Sequence record: PZ495249.1
Length of the DNA: 64,000 bases
Source: a phage
Reading direction: 5' to 3' (one strand)
Below the pieces are notes generated by a model. It saw only the letters and a program-made list of their open reading frames with translations, was not told where the DNA came from and ran no database searches. This document shows positions 28,861 to 38,424 of this stretch, one piece after another (the first letter of the stretch is position 1; each line of letters starts with the position of its first letter). The translations under genes and the position numbers were made by a program.

Positions 28861-29433
28861 ATGCGTTTAGCTTCAACAGGTAAAATCAACACGACCAATG
28901 TCCTAACGGCTGTTGGTCTATTAAGCAAACATTTTGTACCCGCAAATTTACCAGTTTGCGTAGACTTCGATCATGTCTTTGATATTGCAAGTCCTTCACG
29001 CTGCTTTGCCCGTAGTAACATCGAGAATCCCAGTGAGAATCTATTTTACATCGTTAAACCATCTCAGGCGATCCTGAATCAAGTGGAAGCGGGTATTATT
29101 CTCCCAGGTAAATACTTCTCACTACTTCCGTGTAAATCAATTGCTATCGAAGATAGCGTAAATTATGCCAACAACTTAGTTGTTGCTGCCTACATTGTGT
29201 CAGAACAAGAATCTACCGCAGAATTAGCGAACGTAGTCAAAAGTGTTTACGATGCAATGGGTGTTGCTTACACAACCTTTATCTGTGAGGATAAACCTCA
29301 TTGCGTAGAGTTTGTGGTTAACGGTGTAACAGTGTGTAGAGTAGAAACATTCTTAGTATATGATTATTATGTTTCAGTAGCCAGTGTAGTATCTGAACCT
29401 GTGTTCAGTATTGCATGTTCACTAACTTATTGA
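28861..29433 (+). CDS. hypothetical protein
   Basis: Track ORF. Confidence 0.5.
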   Translation: MRLASTGKINTTNVLTAVGLLSKHFVPANLPVCVDFDHVFDIASPSRCFARSNIENPSENLFYIVKPSQAILNQVEAGIILPGKYFSLLPCKSIAIEDSVNYANNLVVAAYIVSEQESTAELANVVKSVYDAMGVAYTTFICEDKPHCVEFVVNGVTVCRVETFLVYDYYVSVASVVSEPVFSIACSLTY

Positions 29434-29443
29434 GGAGGAGGGA

Positions 29444-29755
29444 ATGAGAATCACAACAGAAGGTGCTTTAGTCAACAAAGGTAGGGAGATCTTGGAAAGC
29501 CATTTCCCAGACATTGAGAAAACTCCTGGTTATCTTGGCTGGCGTATGCAAGAAACTGTGGATTTTCTCCCTCATCAAACTTCAATATTTCTTCTCGTCA
29601 AAGTAGAAGGTGACACGCCATACAAAGATGTAGCGGAGCACATCGAAAGAGTAGAAGACGTGGCTTACGCCGAATTTGCCTACCTGGATATCGCACCAGA
29701 ATTAGAAGGGAAGGTGAATATATTTATTCTAATGGATTTTGAGGAGGAGACATGA
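29444..29755 (+). CDS. hypothetical protein
   Basis: Track ORF. Confidence 0.5.
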   Translation: MRITTEGALVNKGREILESHFPDIEKTPGYLGWRMQETVDFLPHQTSIFLLVKVEGDTPYKDVAEHIERVEDVAYAEFAYLDIAPELEGKVNIFILMDFEEET

Positions 29756-30489
29756 TCTTATATAAACACATCGATCTGAATGATGATCAAGAGTTGTTCA
29801 TTGTTGGTGATTTGCATGGTTCATATGACCTGTACACCAAGGGTGCTCACATACTTGGTATTCGTGAAGAAGATGTGGTGATTTCCCTTGGTGATTTAAC
29901 AGATCGTGGGGAACAGAACTTGCGTTGTGTACTGGAGTTCACCAGAAAGAAAAACCACTATGCTATTCGTGGTAATCACGAGGACATGATGATCCGTGGT
30001 ATGCTGGAAGGTAGCAGAGACTACTACCAGTGCTGGTATCAAAATGGTGGCTGGACTGTCTGGAACGAAATGGGTGAAGAAGGTGTAACTCTTCTTGCCA
30101 CAATGGTAGAAGAACTGCCTGTGGTGTTGACAGCCTCACATCGTGGGAAAACATATGGCTTCATTCATGGTGGATATCCTTCTGTTTTTGAACACTTACC
30201 ACTTACCGATATTCCAAAACTTAATCTTGAAGGTGAGCGCCTCCAGGCTTTTGCTGAAAGTTTAATGTGGGATCGCGATATGGTAACTTGTGCTCAGGAA
30301 GGTCTAAGTCTGCCGAAAGTTCTTGGTGTGGATTATGTCTTTCATGGACATTCTTACGTACCGGAGCCGTTGATCAACGCCAACCGTGTTTATATGGACA
30401 CTGGCGGTGTATTTAACAACAATCTCACCTTTGCATACTTTGATGTGGATGGTGAACTTAAATTTTATTCAACTCTTGAGGAGGATTGA
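29752..30489 (+). CDS. PPP-family Ser/Thr protein phosphatase (lambda-phosphatase-like)
   Basis: Track ORF; GDLHG, GDLTDRG, GNHE. Confidence 0.75.
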   Translation: MILYKHIDLNDDQELFIVGDLHGSYDLYTKGAHILGIREEDVVISLGDLTDRGEQNLRCVLEFTRKKNHYAIRGNHEDMMIRGMLEGSRDYYQCWYQNGGWTVWNEMGEEGVTLLATMVEELPVVLTASHRGKTYGFIHGGYPSVFEHLPLTDIPKLNLEGERLQAFAESLMWDRDMVTCAQEGLSLPKVLGVDYVFHGHSYVPEPLINANRVYMDTGGVFNNNLTFAYFDVDGELKFYSTLEED

Positions 30490-30755
30490 TGTATAAAATT
30501 ACAATCAAGCGAACTGTTGGAGATATCGTTACAGAAACGACTATTGAGACAGATGACCTTGAATTAGCCAAAGAAATTTTGGTGTCAGAAGAGATTATCA
30601 AAGTTGAAACTGATGTTCCGAATGAGAGTATTGATCCTGGTATGGAATCTCTGAAAGAACTATGGAGAAAACATCTGGACGATATATGGAAAAACCCGCG
30701 CACAGGCGTTCCATATGAAACAGGAACTCCCTGGCCTTTCACAGTAACTTGTTAA
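30486..30755 (+). CDS. hypothetical protein
   Basis: Track ORF. Confidence 0.45.
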   Translation: MMYKITIKRTVGDIVTETTIETDDLELAKEILVSEEIIKVETDVPNESIDPGMESLKELWRKHLDDIWKNPRTGVPYETGTPWPFTVTC

Positions 30756-30764
30756 GGTGACGAT

Positions 30765-31337
30765 ATGAGCGACTTATTTTATACGGGCGTTGGAAGTCGT
30801 GATATCACAGATGAAGAATGGGATGTAATGGTAGCTGTTGCCAAATGGTTGGCACAGTGGTGTAAACTTCGATCAGGTAAAGCCGGAGGTTCGGACTCTG
30901 CATTTGAATATGGGGTGTCCTTATCGGACTTCCCTGACAACAAGGAGATCTATATTCCTTGGCCTAAATTTGAAGGGAATGAAATTCCAGGTGAAAAGAT
31001 TTCTCTTGATCGTCCAGACAGCGTAAACTATGCTCTGACTTTGCAGTATGCGAAAGAGATTCATCCGGCTTGGGATAAACTTTCTCAGGGTGCTAAGAAA
31101 TTACATCAGAGAAACATACACCAAGTGTTGGGACGAGATCTGGAAAACCCTGCACCATCCATATTCTTGCTGGCGTGTTCAGACGAGGATAAGAACGGAG
31201 ATGTGAAAGGCGGTACTCGAACTGCTTGGCTGCTGGCTAAGAAGTTTAATGTTCCGTGTTTCAATATTCGAGGAAAAACGAAAAGAGAGATCTTCGAATT
31301 TATTCAACCTATCTTGAAGGAGAAACTTAATGCTTGA
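30765..31337 (+). CDS. hypothetical protein, possible SLOG/DprA-like Rossmann domain
   Basis: Track ORF; GVGSRDIT and RSGKAGGSD motifs; tentative. Confidence 0.4.
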   Translation: MSDLFYTGVGSRDITDEEWDVMVAVAKWLAQWCKLRSGKAGGSDSAFEYGVSLSDFPDNKEIYIPWPKFEGNEIPGEKISLDRPDSVNYALTLQYAKEIHPAWDKLSQGAKKLHQRNIHQVLGRDLENPAPSIFLLACSDEDKNGDVKGGTRTAWLLAKKFNVPCFNIRGKTKREIFEFIQPILKEKLNA

Positions 31338-31866
31338 TGCATATCAAAGGGGCGGTGCTCGCCCCAATATCAGTGAGATGTATAGTCCGGTTGTCGATTT
31401 AACACCAATGATCACTAAACGTGTTATGGATACTATCGAGAAAGGTACATGGGTGGTGAGTGATAAGATTGAGTTTCGTTATCACAAGACGATTGTTGCT
31501 GTTAGTGACAATGGCGCGGCAATGAATGTTCCATTCTATCCCTTGGATAAGACTCTCACTCAAGAAGAGATTGAGGAAATTAACCTCCACGTCCTGGGTT
31601 ATGTCCCATTTGAGAATACGGTCATCCAGACCTACACCACTCTAATGGTAAATGAGATCCTACGCGCAATTACCCGTGTCTTGGATGAGGGTGTAAGAAA
31701 AATCATCGTACATTTCTGTCCCGCTGATACACCGGAATATGCTAACACTGTGGCTTATCCGCTGTATGGTTTTATTGCTAATGGTGTTCTTCAAATGGAA
31801 ACTTCTTTCCTGATTGAAGAAATAAAAAATGACTTTTCTGTTGACATAGATCAAGGTGGTTGGTAA
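31330..31866 (+). CDS. hypothetical protein
   Basis: Track ORF. Confidence 0.5.
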   Translation: MLDAYQRGGARPNISEMYSPVVDLTPMITKRVMDTIEKGTWVVSDKIEFRYHKTIVAVSDNGAAMNVPFYPLDKTLTQEEIEEINLHVLGYVPFENTVIQTYTTLMVNEILRAITRVLDEGVRKIIVHFCPADTPEYANTVAYPLYGFIANGVLQMETSFLIEEIKNDFSVDIDQGGW

Positions 31867-32052
31867 ACTCTTCGGAAATTGTCAATAACAACTGGAGGTA
31901 AGAGATGAAAACGACAGAACAACTGATCGCGCAGAAACTGGAAGAAGCAATTGTGATGGCTCGTGCTGAGGGCTTAGGTCAAAACTATTTCAACATCACC
32001 CTCGAAGATGGTGAAAATGTTGAAGTGAACGTTCAATGGCGATCTTCTTCCT

Positions 32053-32346
32053 ATGACTGCTAATGTGGGATTAGAACACTCCTTCCTTGCCTCTTGGCAA
32101 GGATGGGATGAAGTGGGAAGTGCAGGTGATCTTTGCTTCTATGGTTGCACTTTAGCGAACCACCTGAAAGGGATGGAGCCAGAGGGAACCAAGGAGATTA
32201 TTACAATCTTCCTGATGAGTGAGTCAACTGTGCAATTTGACTTCTACGGTGAGAGCGCGTTTTCTGACCCTCGTGATGCTTACTTGGGAAGCAAAGCATT
32301 TAAAATTAAAGCAGTATTAGAAGAGGAGATTCCTTGCGATGAGTAA
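32053..32346 (+). CDS. hypothetical protein
   Basis: Track ORF. Confidence 0.45.
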   Translation: MTANVGLEHSFLASWQGWDEVGSAGDLCFYGCTLANHLKGMEPEGTKEIITIFLMSESTVQFDFYGESAFSDPRDAYLGSKAFKIKAVLEEEIPCDE

Positions 32347-32758
32347 ATATGTAACTGGTCAAATTTTTGAAGACAACTGGGATGACGAAGTGGGGCGTAT
32401 TGTATACGCTAACGGCATCTGGTCTAACGATGAAGACCGCGCTGCCTTTGAAGATTCGTATGGCGGAATGCCGGACGATATGCCAGAGGTGATCCTGTAC
32501 GAATTCATGTACCATGATGAATTTGTCGAGGGCGAAGCAGCGATCAAAGATTTTGTTCGTGAGCATGGCCTTATCGACGTTGCAGAGCGTGAGTGTAAAG
32601 ATCGAGAACGCCAAGTGATTGTTGATACCCTGAATGCAATGGGCGTAGATACCGCCGATCTGATTGTTTCAGAAGGTCGTGTTTACATGGGGAGCGACGA
32701 GTGTGAAGCCTATATTCAAGGCAGTCATGCTTGGTGTTCAAGTAGCATGATTTGCTAA
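32339..32758 (+). CDS. hypothetical acidic protein, paralog family with C-terminal W-x-SSS-x-C motif
   Basis: Track ORF; ends HAWCSSSMIC. Confidence 0.5.
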   Translation: MSKYVTGQIFEDNWDDEVGRIVYANGIWSNDEDRAAFEDSYGGMPDDMPEVILYEFMYHDEFVEGEAAIKDFVREHGLIDVAERECKDRERQVIVDTLNAMGVDTADLIVSEGRVYMGSDECEAYIQGSHAWCSSSMIC

Positions 32759-32767
32759 GGAGAGTGG

Positions 32768-33202
32768 ATGTATAATAACACTGATAATCTCGAAGTCGGA
32801 AAAGACTTCTACGATCTGAATACTGGTGAGTATGTCTTTACCGTTATTTATGATGGTGACGACGACACCCGCATCCTGGTAGAAGGTATCCCAACAAAGG
32901 TGCAGAGTCAGTATAGTGATTACATGTATGATATCGTGGCATACAATAAGGACACTATGCACCCTTTAGACGAAGATGATGTGAACGATATTTGTTACAA
33001 CAATTTGATTGTCACAAAGGAATATCTGGACGCCATCAATGCCACGAAACAAGTATTGATTAATATCTGGGAACAATCTGGTATTCAAGAACCATTCGTG
33101 TATGAAGATGGGAATTTCTATGTTGGTAAAGAACAAGTTCTTTCAGCCCACATTAATTCCGGCTACGAACACGGTTGGATTTCGAGTAGTATCTGCTGGT
33201 GA
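32768..33202 (+). CDS. hypothetical acidic protein, same paralog family
   Basis: Track ORF; ends HGWISSSICW. Confidence 0.5.
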   Translation: MYNNTDNLEVGKDFYDLNTGEYVFTVIYDGDDDTRILVEGIPTKVQSQYSDYMYDIVAYNKDTMHPLDEDDVNDICYNNLIVTKEYLDAINATKQVLINIWEQSGIQEPFVYEDGNFYVGKEQVLSAHINSGYEHGWISSSICW

Positions 33203-33426
33203 GTGTTGGAACTGTAGCGGTATGGATAAAGTCTGAATCTGGTGATGATTATCTGTACTGCTTTGAGAACCAATCCTTAGAGCAAATTTCCAACAATCTG
33301 ACAGAGAACCTGGAAATGTTTTGCCCTATTTGTGATTGGAAAACTACCGGAGACAATAAAGACTTCGTTAGTGATGTTAAGATGTTTATGTCGGATTTAT
33401 ATGATAAATCATGGGAGAGAGAATGA
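33199..33426 (+). CDS. hypothetical protein
   Basis: Track ORF. Confidence 0.45.
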   Translation: MSVGTVAVWIKSESGDDYLYCFENQSLEQISNNLTENLEMFCPICDWKTTGDNKDFVSDVKMFMSDLYDKSWERE

Positions 33427-33617
33427 GTGAATTTAAAACAGTAAGTGAAGCAGTGGCAGCGGCAAATGCTGCCCTCGCTGAGGCAGAACGCCTATCTCTG
33501 GAAACAGGTGAAGGGTTTGGTTTCCATCCGTGTTATGGTATGGGCGGTTACTTCGATCCAGAAGAAGAAAACGAGTACACTGGGGATCACTGGTTCCCAT
33601 CTTCACTGGGTTGCTAA
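33411..33617 (+). CDS. hypothetical protein, same paralog family (short)
   Basis: Track ORF; ends HWFPSSLGC. Confidence 0.45.
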   Translation: MGERMSEFKTVSEAVAAANAALAEAERLSLETGEGFGFHPCYGMGGYFDPEEENEYTGDHWFPSSLGC

Positions 33618-33973
33618 TGCAGCCATTTGAGTGTAAAGTGTTTATTGCAGGGCATGAAGTTATGCCCTTTGATGAAAACGTGAGTATTGAGATAAGGAGA
33701 ACACCTGTGGACAAGAAAGAAATTGAAAACCTGATCCGTGAAAAAACTGCTGCTGCCGAAGCCTACATGCAGTCTGTGAAAGACGAAGTGGCTGAACTGG
33801 CAGATAAAGCTGGCGTTCAGGCTTATTGGGGCGAATATGGTAGCGGTGAAACCTACTACCCTGTTGGTACAGATGTAAATGCCGAATACATCGGTTGGGA
33901 AGCGAGTGAGTATGCAGATGAGAACGGTATCCTGACTCAAGGTATGTGGATCTCTTCAAGCTCTATGTGCTAA
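33617..33973 (+). CDS. hypothetical acidic protein, same paralog family
   Basis: Track ORF 33530..33973 trimmed to ATG at 33617; ends GMWISSSSMC. Confidence 0.5.
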   Translation: MQPFECKVFIAGHEVMPFDENVSIEIRRTPVDKKEIENLIREKTAAAEAYMQSVKDEVAELADKAGVQAYWGEYGSGETYYPVGTDVNAEYIGWEASEYADENGILTQGMWISSSSMC

Positions 33974-33986
33974 GAGTGTAACTATT

Positions 33987-34010
33987 AACCCGCTTCGGCG
34001 GGTTTTTTAT
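33987..34010 (+). terminator. rho-independent terminator (same hairpin as 11916)
   Basis: AACCCGCTTCGGCGGGTTTTTTATTG. Confidence 0.7.
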
Positions 34011-34020
34011 TGCCTGAGTA

Positions 34021-34049
34021 TTGACACGTTAATCAAAACCTGGTAAACT
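34021..34049 (+). promoter_or_regulatory. sigma70-like promoter
   Basis: TTGACA-17nt-TAAACT. Confidence 0.55.
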
Positions 34050-34079
34050 CTGGGAATCATTTAAGAGAGGAGAAACATT

Positions 34080-35009
34080 ATGATTATGGTTGGTAGCCGT
34101 GGTTTAGAGATTCAATTAGAACGGGAGGCTAAGAAATTTTATCGCCCTTGTCTTGATCTTGACTTTCTTTGCACAGAGAAGGAGTGGAGTATAGCATTCA
34201 TCCGTTACACCCACGAAGAAGGCGTTGAGCTTGTGGAACGTACTGGCAACAAAGGTCATGTCAAACTGACAGATGGGACACATATCGAGTTTGATATTGC
34301 TCAACCTGGCGATAGCACAGATATTCTGATCCAATATTGCAAGGCAAACCCACAGAGTATGTTCCTTAACAACGGTGATTTCGTGGCTCCGGTGGATGTT
34401 CTGTATCTGCTGAAAATGAGTCATCGTTATAAGAAGAATAGCCCTCATTTCTTCAAGACCATGAATGATATCCATTTCATGCGTTCTCTTGGGGCTAAGA
34501 TCCCAGTGGAATTAGAAGAAGTGTTTAAGCTGCGTGAGAAAGAGACTTACGATTACTCACACCCAAATCTGGATGTGAAGAGCAAAGACTTCTTCAAAGG
34601 TGATGAAGTGCCGTATGTTTACGATCACGACACGATTCATGAAGCAGTGGCGGTGTTGGGTGTACCTGCATACAAATCTTACATGAAAGATGACAGCGAA
34701 GTGATGACTTCCAAAGAGAAGTTCTTTGAACAGGAAAATCATATCCGTCTTCTCGGTGTGTACGAAGAGAGCTGCGTACTGGCACTGGAACGTTCGCAGA
34801 TTCCGTTCAATTTCGAGGTTCCGGCTCGTCAGAGTTTTGTTATGGCACTTAGTAAAGTTTGCACATCGATCACTTCCGGCTGGTTCCGTGAGTACGCCTG
34901 GGAGAACTTCGGGGTTGTCATGAAGTTCTATGAAAGCATGGGTGAAACTGATTACATTGAGCGATTCAAAGCTAATCAACACCTGGTTAAACCATTCGAG
35001 GGGGAATAA
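34080..35009 (+). CDS. hypothetical protein (309 aa)
   Basis: Track ORF with GAGAGGAGAAAC RBS; no confident domain. Confidence 0.5.
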   Translation: MIMVGSRGLEIQLEREAKKFYRPCLDLDFLCTEKEWSIAFIRYTHEEGVELVERTGNKGHVKLTDGTHIEFDIAQPGDSTDILIQYCKANPQSMFLNNGDFVAPVDVLYLLKMSHRYKKNSPHFFKTMNDIHFMRSLGAKIPVELEEVFKLREKETYDYSHPNLDVKSKDFFKGDEVPYVYDHDTIHEAVAVLGVPAYKSYMKDDSEVMTSKEKFFEQENHIRLLGVYEESCVLALERSQIPFNFEVPARQSFVMALSKVCTSITSGWFREYAWENFGVVMKFYESMGETDYIERFKANQHLVKPFEGE

Positions 35010-35399
35010 ATGGGTTATTTAAATGATACATACATCACACCTACTAAGGATCAATTAAGTATGGCTCTTATTAAGGTGAAACGTGTGCGCGAACTCTACA
35101 AACCAATTAATGAGCGTTTGGAGAAGGAGACAGTAGAGGTTAAAAGTTGGTGGGGTTTACGCCGTAAGGTGATGACTAAAGATCAGCACATCCGTAAAGC
35201 TAACGAAAATTCTTTCATGCCGTTTTATGGTCGTGCATTTCTGCTCGGATACATAACAGCAGAAGAATACCAAATCTGCCGTTTCCTGATGGAGGCTCCA
35301 GGAGTGAAGACACTCCAAAAATGGGAAACAGCGGAGAGAGTATATCTTTGTGAAGATGACCACAGACAGTTGATGTTTGCTTTAACTGAGGAGATTTAA
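35010..35399 (+). CDS. hypothetical protein
   Basis: Track ORF. Confidence 0.5.
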   Translation: MGYLNDTYITPTKDQLSMALIKVKRVRELYKPINERLEKETVEVKSWWGLRRKVMTKDQHIRKANENSFMPFYGRAFLLGYITAEEYQICRFLMEAPGVKTLQKWETAERVYLCEDDHRQLMFALTEEI

Positions 35400-36076
35400 T
35401 GTCGAAAGTAGTATGGTGTTTATTTGATGGTAGTGGTATTATGGGATTACCCTGGGCTGAGGCTGGATACCAAGTTTATTGCTTTAATGCCAGTAGCGGA
35501 GATCACGGAGAGTATGAAATTAAAGTGGATCACCCTTTGATCACTTACGTCGATACTTGGATTGACTCTACCTTTGATCCAACAGGTATGGGTGACAACG
35601 GCGGTGATGCTCCTACGTTTATTATCGGCTTCCCGCCTTGTACAATGCTCGCTGGTAGTGGAGAGCAACACGAGCGTACTGCGGAAGAGATCGAAGAGGC
35701 GCTTCAAAACGTCCGTATCGTCGAAACTTTGGGTAATAAGTATGGTGTGCCGTGGATGATTGAGAATCCAGTGGGTAAATTGTCCACACTCTGGCGTAAG
35801 CCGGACTACTACTTCGATCCGTATGAGTTTGGTGGTTATCTCCGAAAAGAGGAAGGTAGTTATCACCCTAAAATGCCAGTACAGGATGCCTATACGAAGA
35901 AAACCTGCCTATGGGTAGGCAATGGTTTCGTATTCCCTGATAAAAAACCCGTAGAACATATTGGTTTCTTCTGGGGATGGCGTTATCTCGGTGGTAAGAG
36001 TAATCGAACAAAACAGTTGCGATCTCTCACCCCTCGTGGGTTTGCTCGCGCAGTGTTTAAGGCTAATAGGAGGTAG
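35399..36076 (+). CDS. compact C5-cytosine methyltransferase-like protein
   Basis: Track ORF; LFDGSGIMG (motif I-like), GFPPC (Pro-Cys motif IV), ENPVG (motif VI); only 225 aa. Confidence 0.5.
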   Translation: MSKVVWCLFDGSGIMGLPWAEAGYQVYCFNASSGDHGEYEIKVDHPLITYVDTWIDSTFDPTGMGDNGGDAPTFIIGFPPCTMLAGSGEQHERTAEEIEEALQNVRIVETLGNKYGVPWMIENPVGKLSTLWRKPDYYFDPYEFGGYLRKEEGSYHPKMPVQDAYTKKTCLWVGNGFVFPDKKPVEHIGFFWGWRYLGGKSNRTKQLRSLTPRGFARAVFKANRR

Positions 36077-36077
36077 T

Positions 36078-36191
36078 ATGTGGAGAGGGTGGCAGGGCGC
36101 ACTGATTCTTGTGTGCATACCAATTAGTTTTCTTGGTTGGGCTTTTTGGGAATTTGTATTCTGGTTGTTCCACAACTTACATTGGGGGTGA
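36078..36191 (+). CDS. small hydrophobic membrane protein (37 aa)
   Basis: Track ORF 35961..36191 trimmed to ATG at 36078 after AGGAGG. Confidence 0.35.
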   Translation: MWRGWQGALILVCIPISFLGWAFWEFVFWLFHNLHWG

Positions 36192-36193
36192 AA

Positions 36194-36835
36194 ATGACAA
36201 AGAAACTGGTGGCGTATCAAGTTGATCGGGACGATTACGAAGGTAGTGTAATTGTTTTTGACTCTCACGGCTTGGCTGCTCGCCGCCGTGGGGCTTCGAT
36301 GTTAGACCTTGGCGGAGAAGATGAGTATTGCCAGGTAAGACGTGTAAAAGATTTCGATCAATATGCGGAAAAGGGCTACGTTCCTTATAAGGCTTTGCTG
36401 GAACATGGTTGGTGGTTACACTCGGCTCATGATGGTCGAAAAATCACAGAGGACTACTGCTACGATGAATACGAGGACGAGGAGGTAGAAACACCTGAAC
36501 TTGTCTTCTTCCAGAACGAGCAGGGTGTGTGGTTTGATTGGGATGAAATGGAACGCCATGCCTATTCTATTAACGAAGCAAAAGATCGCTTTGATTGGTG
36601 GATTGAAACGGTTATGCGTTGCTACCCACATCTTACCTTCACTAAGTTTGAAGGTGGACCTGGACGTATTACTCACACAGCCAACTTCACCTTCCCTGGT
36701 GCTCAGTATGGCGGTGGTCACATCCGTTGGGATTGGGAGGAAGGTGTAACACCAGATCCTAAAGAACATTTCTCCAGTTGGGTTGCCACAGGAGATAAAG
36801 AAGCATTTGACAAGTACCTCGAAAGTGTGGTATAG
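36194..36835 (+). CDS. hypothetical protein
   Basis: Track ORF 36137..36835 trimmed to ATG at 36194. Confidence 0.5.
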   Translation: MTKKLVAYQVDRDDYEGSVIVFDSHGLAARRRGASMLDLGGEDEYCQVRRVKDFDQYAEKGYVPYKALLEHGWWLHSAHDGRKITEDYCYDEYEDEEVETPELVFFQNEQGVWFDWDEMERHAYSINEAKDRFDWWIETVMRCYPHLTFTKFEGGPGRITHTANFTFPGAQYGGGHIRWDWEEGVTPDPKEHFSSWVATGDKEAFDKYLESVV

Positions 36836-36851
36836 TGCTTGAAATTAATCT

Positions 36852-36875
36852 AAGCCCCTTGATTGGGGCTTTATT
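36852..36875 (+). terminator. GC hairpin, weak terminator
   Basis: AAGCCCCTTGATTGGGGCTTTATT. Confidence 0.45.
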
Positions 36876-36889
36876 CGTATGGAGGATTT

Positions 36890-37450
36890 ATGGGATTTGA
36901 TGACATGTTGGACTATGAGGGAAACTGCGTTAAAGAAGCTCTGGCCTTACCAGAACTGGAGATCACCATCACAGTGTATGACACTTATTCCGATTGTGAA
37001 ACTTGCGGTGCATACTGGAGCAGAGTTCTTGAAGTAGATGGAGACTTAGGGGAATTCCAGAGTGGTGATCGTGCAAGTTGTTTGGGTAGTAATGATGACG
37101 GTACTTATCACGAAGTTGCTCAATGGATTAACGCGCGACTTGAAGAGCATGGTCGTCCTGTTCCTGTACTATTGACACCGGATGCAATGCTGCAAGCTGA
37201 TAACGAGTATTACGCTCAAGCGGCTTTGGTGAACTATGATTATAATCATCCTTCGCTTGAGGCATTAGGACATAAAGCAGGTTGTCTGTCAGATGCTTTT
37301 GATGCATACTATACGTTAGACAGTCTGAAACGATTGTATTCTGCATTCGGTGTGACCATTTATGATGATCACAAGGCAGATGAGGTTTACGATGCCAGCG
37401 ATTGGGGCGATTATGAAGATAATGAGGAAGAAGAATGCCAAGACGACTGA
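36890..37450 (+). CDS. hypothetical acidic protein
   Basis: Track ORF 36863..37450 trimmed to ATG at 36890 after GGAGGA. Confidence 0.5.
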   Translation: MGFDDMLDYEGNCVKEALALPELEITITVYDTYSDCETCGAYWSRVLEVDGDLGEFQSGDRASCLGSNDDGTYHEVAQWINARLEEHGRPVPVLLTPDAMLQADNEYYAQAALVNYDYNHPSLEALGHKAGCLSDAFDAYYTLDSLKRLYSAFGVTIYDDHKADEVYDASDWGDYEDNEEEECQDD

Positions 37451-38250
37451 TTGTAATTTCTGGTGCAGGACTTAGCGCCGATAGTGGTGTACGTACATTC
37501 CGTACCGACACCGAAAGTGGAAAAGCACTTTGGGACGAATACGATCTTGCAGAGGTTTGTGATATTGGAGCATTCCAAGCTGGCTATCGTCGCCGTACAT
37601 CACCAGATGTTCCGGTTGTTGGTGGTATCGACGATGAAGGGATGGATCTGTACGAGAAGACAAACAACTTCTACAACAAACGCCGTGTGGAACTTGCAAC
37701 TGTAGAGCCTAACGCTGCACACCTTCAAATCGCTAAGTGGTTTGCAATGGCTCCTGAGCGTGTCTACAACATCACGACTAACGTTGATGACCTGTTGGAA
37801 CGTGCTGGCGTTGCTCGTGAATCTGTACTTCACGTCCACGGCTACTTACCAGAAATCCGTTATCGCTTAGAACCTGGTTCACAGGAACAACTTGTGGATG
37901 TAGGGTACGCTCATGTCGATATTGACGCATTCCATTGGACAAAACCTAACGTTGTGTTCTTTGGTGAGGCTGCACCACTCTATAATGACATGTACGCACT
38001 GTTCGACACGCTAACATCTCAGGATATGGTGATTGTGGTTGGCTGCTCTAACCAAGTGATCAACTTCAACTGGGAACTCTTCCCGATGCTTAACATCGGA
38101 ACTAAGATGGTTGTGGTGAACCCTGGGGTTAACTACCTGGAGACAGAAATGTATCAAGAACGGGGCGTGTTTGTTTATCGCGCCGGAGCCGCAGAAGCGT
38201 TCAGCAATGAGCACTTCATTAAGATGGTAGAGGATCACCTGAATGGTTAG
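37435..38250 (+). CDS. SIR2-family (sirtuin/CobB-like) NAD+-dependent protein lacking the Zn-ribbon cysteines
   Basis: Track ORF; GAGLSADSGVRTFR, PNAAHLQIAKW, TTNVDDLLERAG, HVHGY, VVFFGE align with CobB (recalled); no CxxC pairs. Confidence 0.75.
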   Translation: MPRRLIVISGAGLSADSGVRTFRTDTESGKALWDEYDLAEVCDIGAFQAGYRRRTSPDVPVVGGIDDEGMDLYEKTNNFYNKRRVELATVEPNAAHLQIAKWFAMAPERVYNITTNVDDLLERAGVARESVLHVHGYLPEIRYRLEPGSQEQLVDVGYAHVDIDAFHWTKPNVVFFGEAAPLYNDMYALFDTLTSQDMVIVVGCSNQVINFNWELFPMLNIGTKMVVVNPGVNYLETEMYQERGVFVYRAGAAEAFSNEHFIKMVEDHLNG

Positions 38251-38424
38251 TTGCTGTGAAGACAGTGATTTACATCCTTCGGATTGTTTCGACGATCCAA
38301 ACGAAGGATACGCCCACAACGTATCAATGTGCTATAATTGTGGGGCTATTGTAATAGATAGAGTTTGGTTGAACAGTGGGAGAACTATTGTGAAGTCAAA
38401 CGGGGAAGTTTTACAATCTTAAAC

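Noticed and set aside
34080-35009. Nucleotidyltransferase (pol-beta/CD-NTase-like) assignment for the 309-aa protein
   Set aside because: Only a loose GS...DLD pattern with atypically long spacing; not enough to call without structure prediction or profile search.
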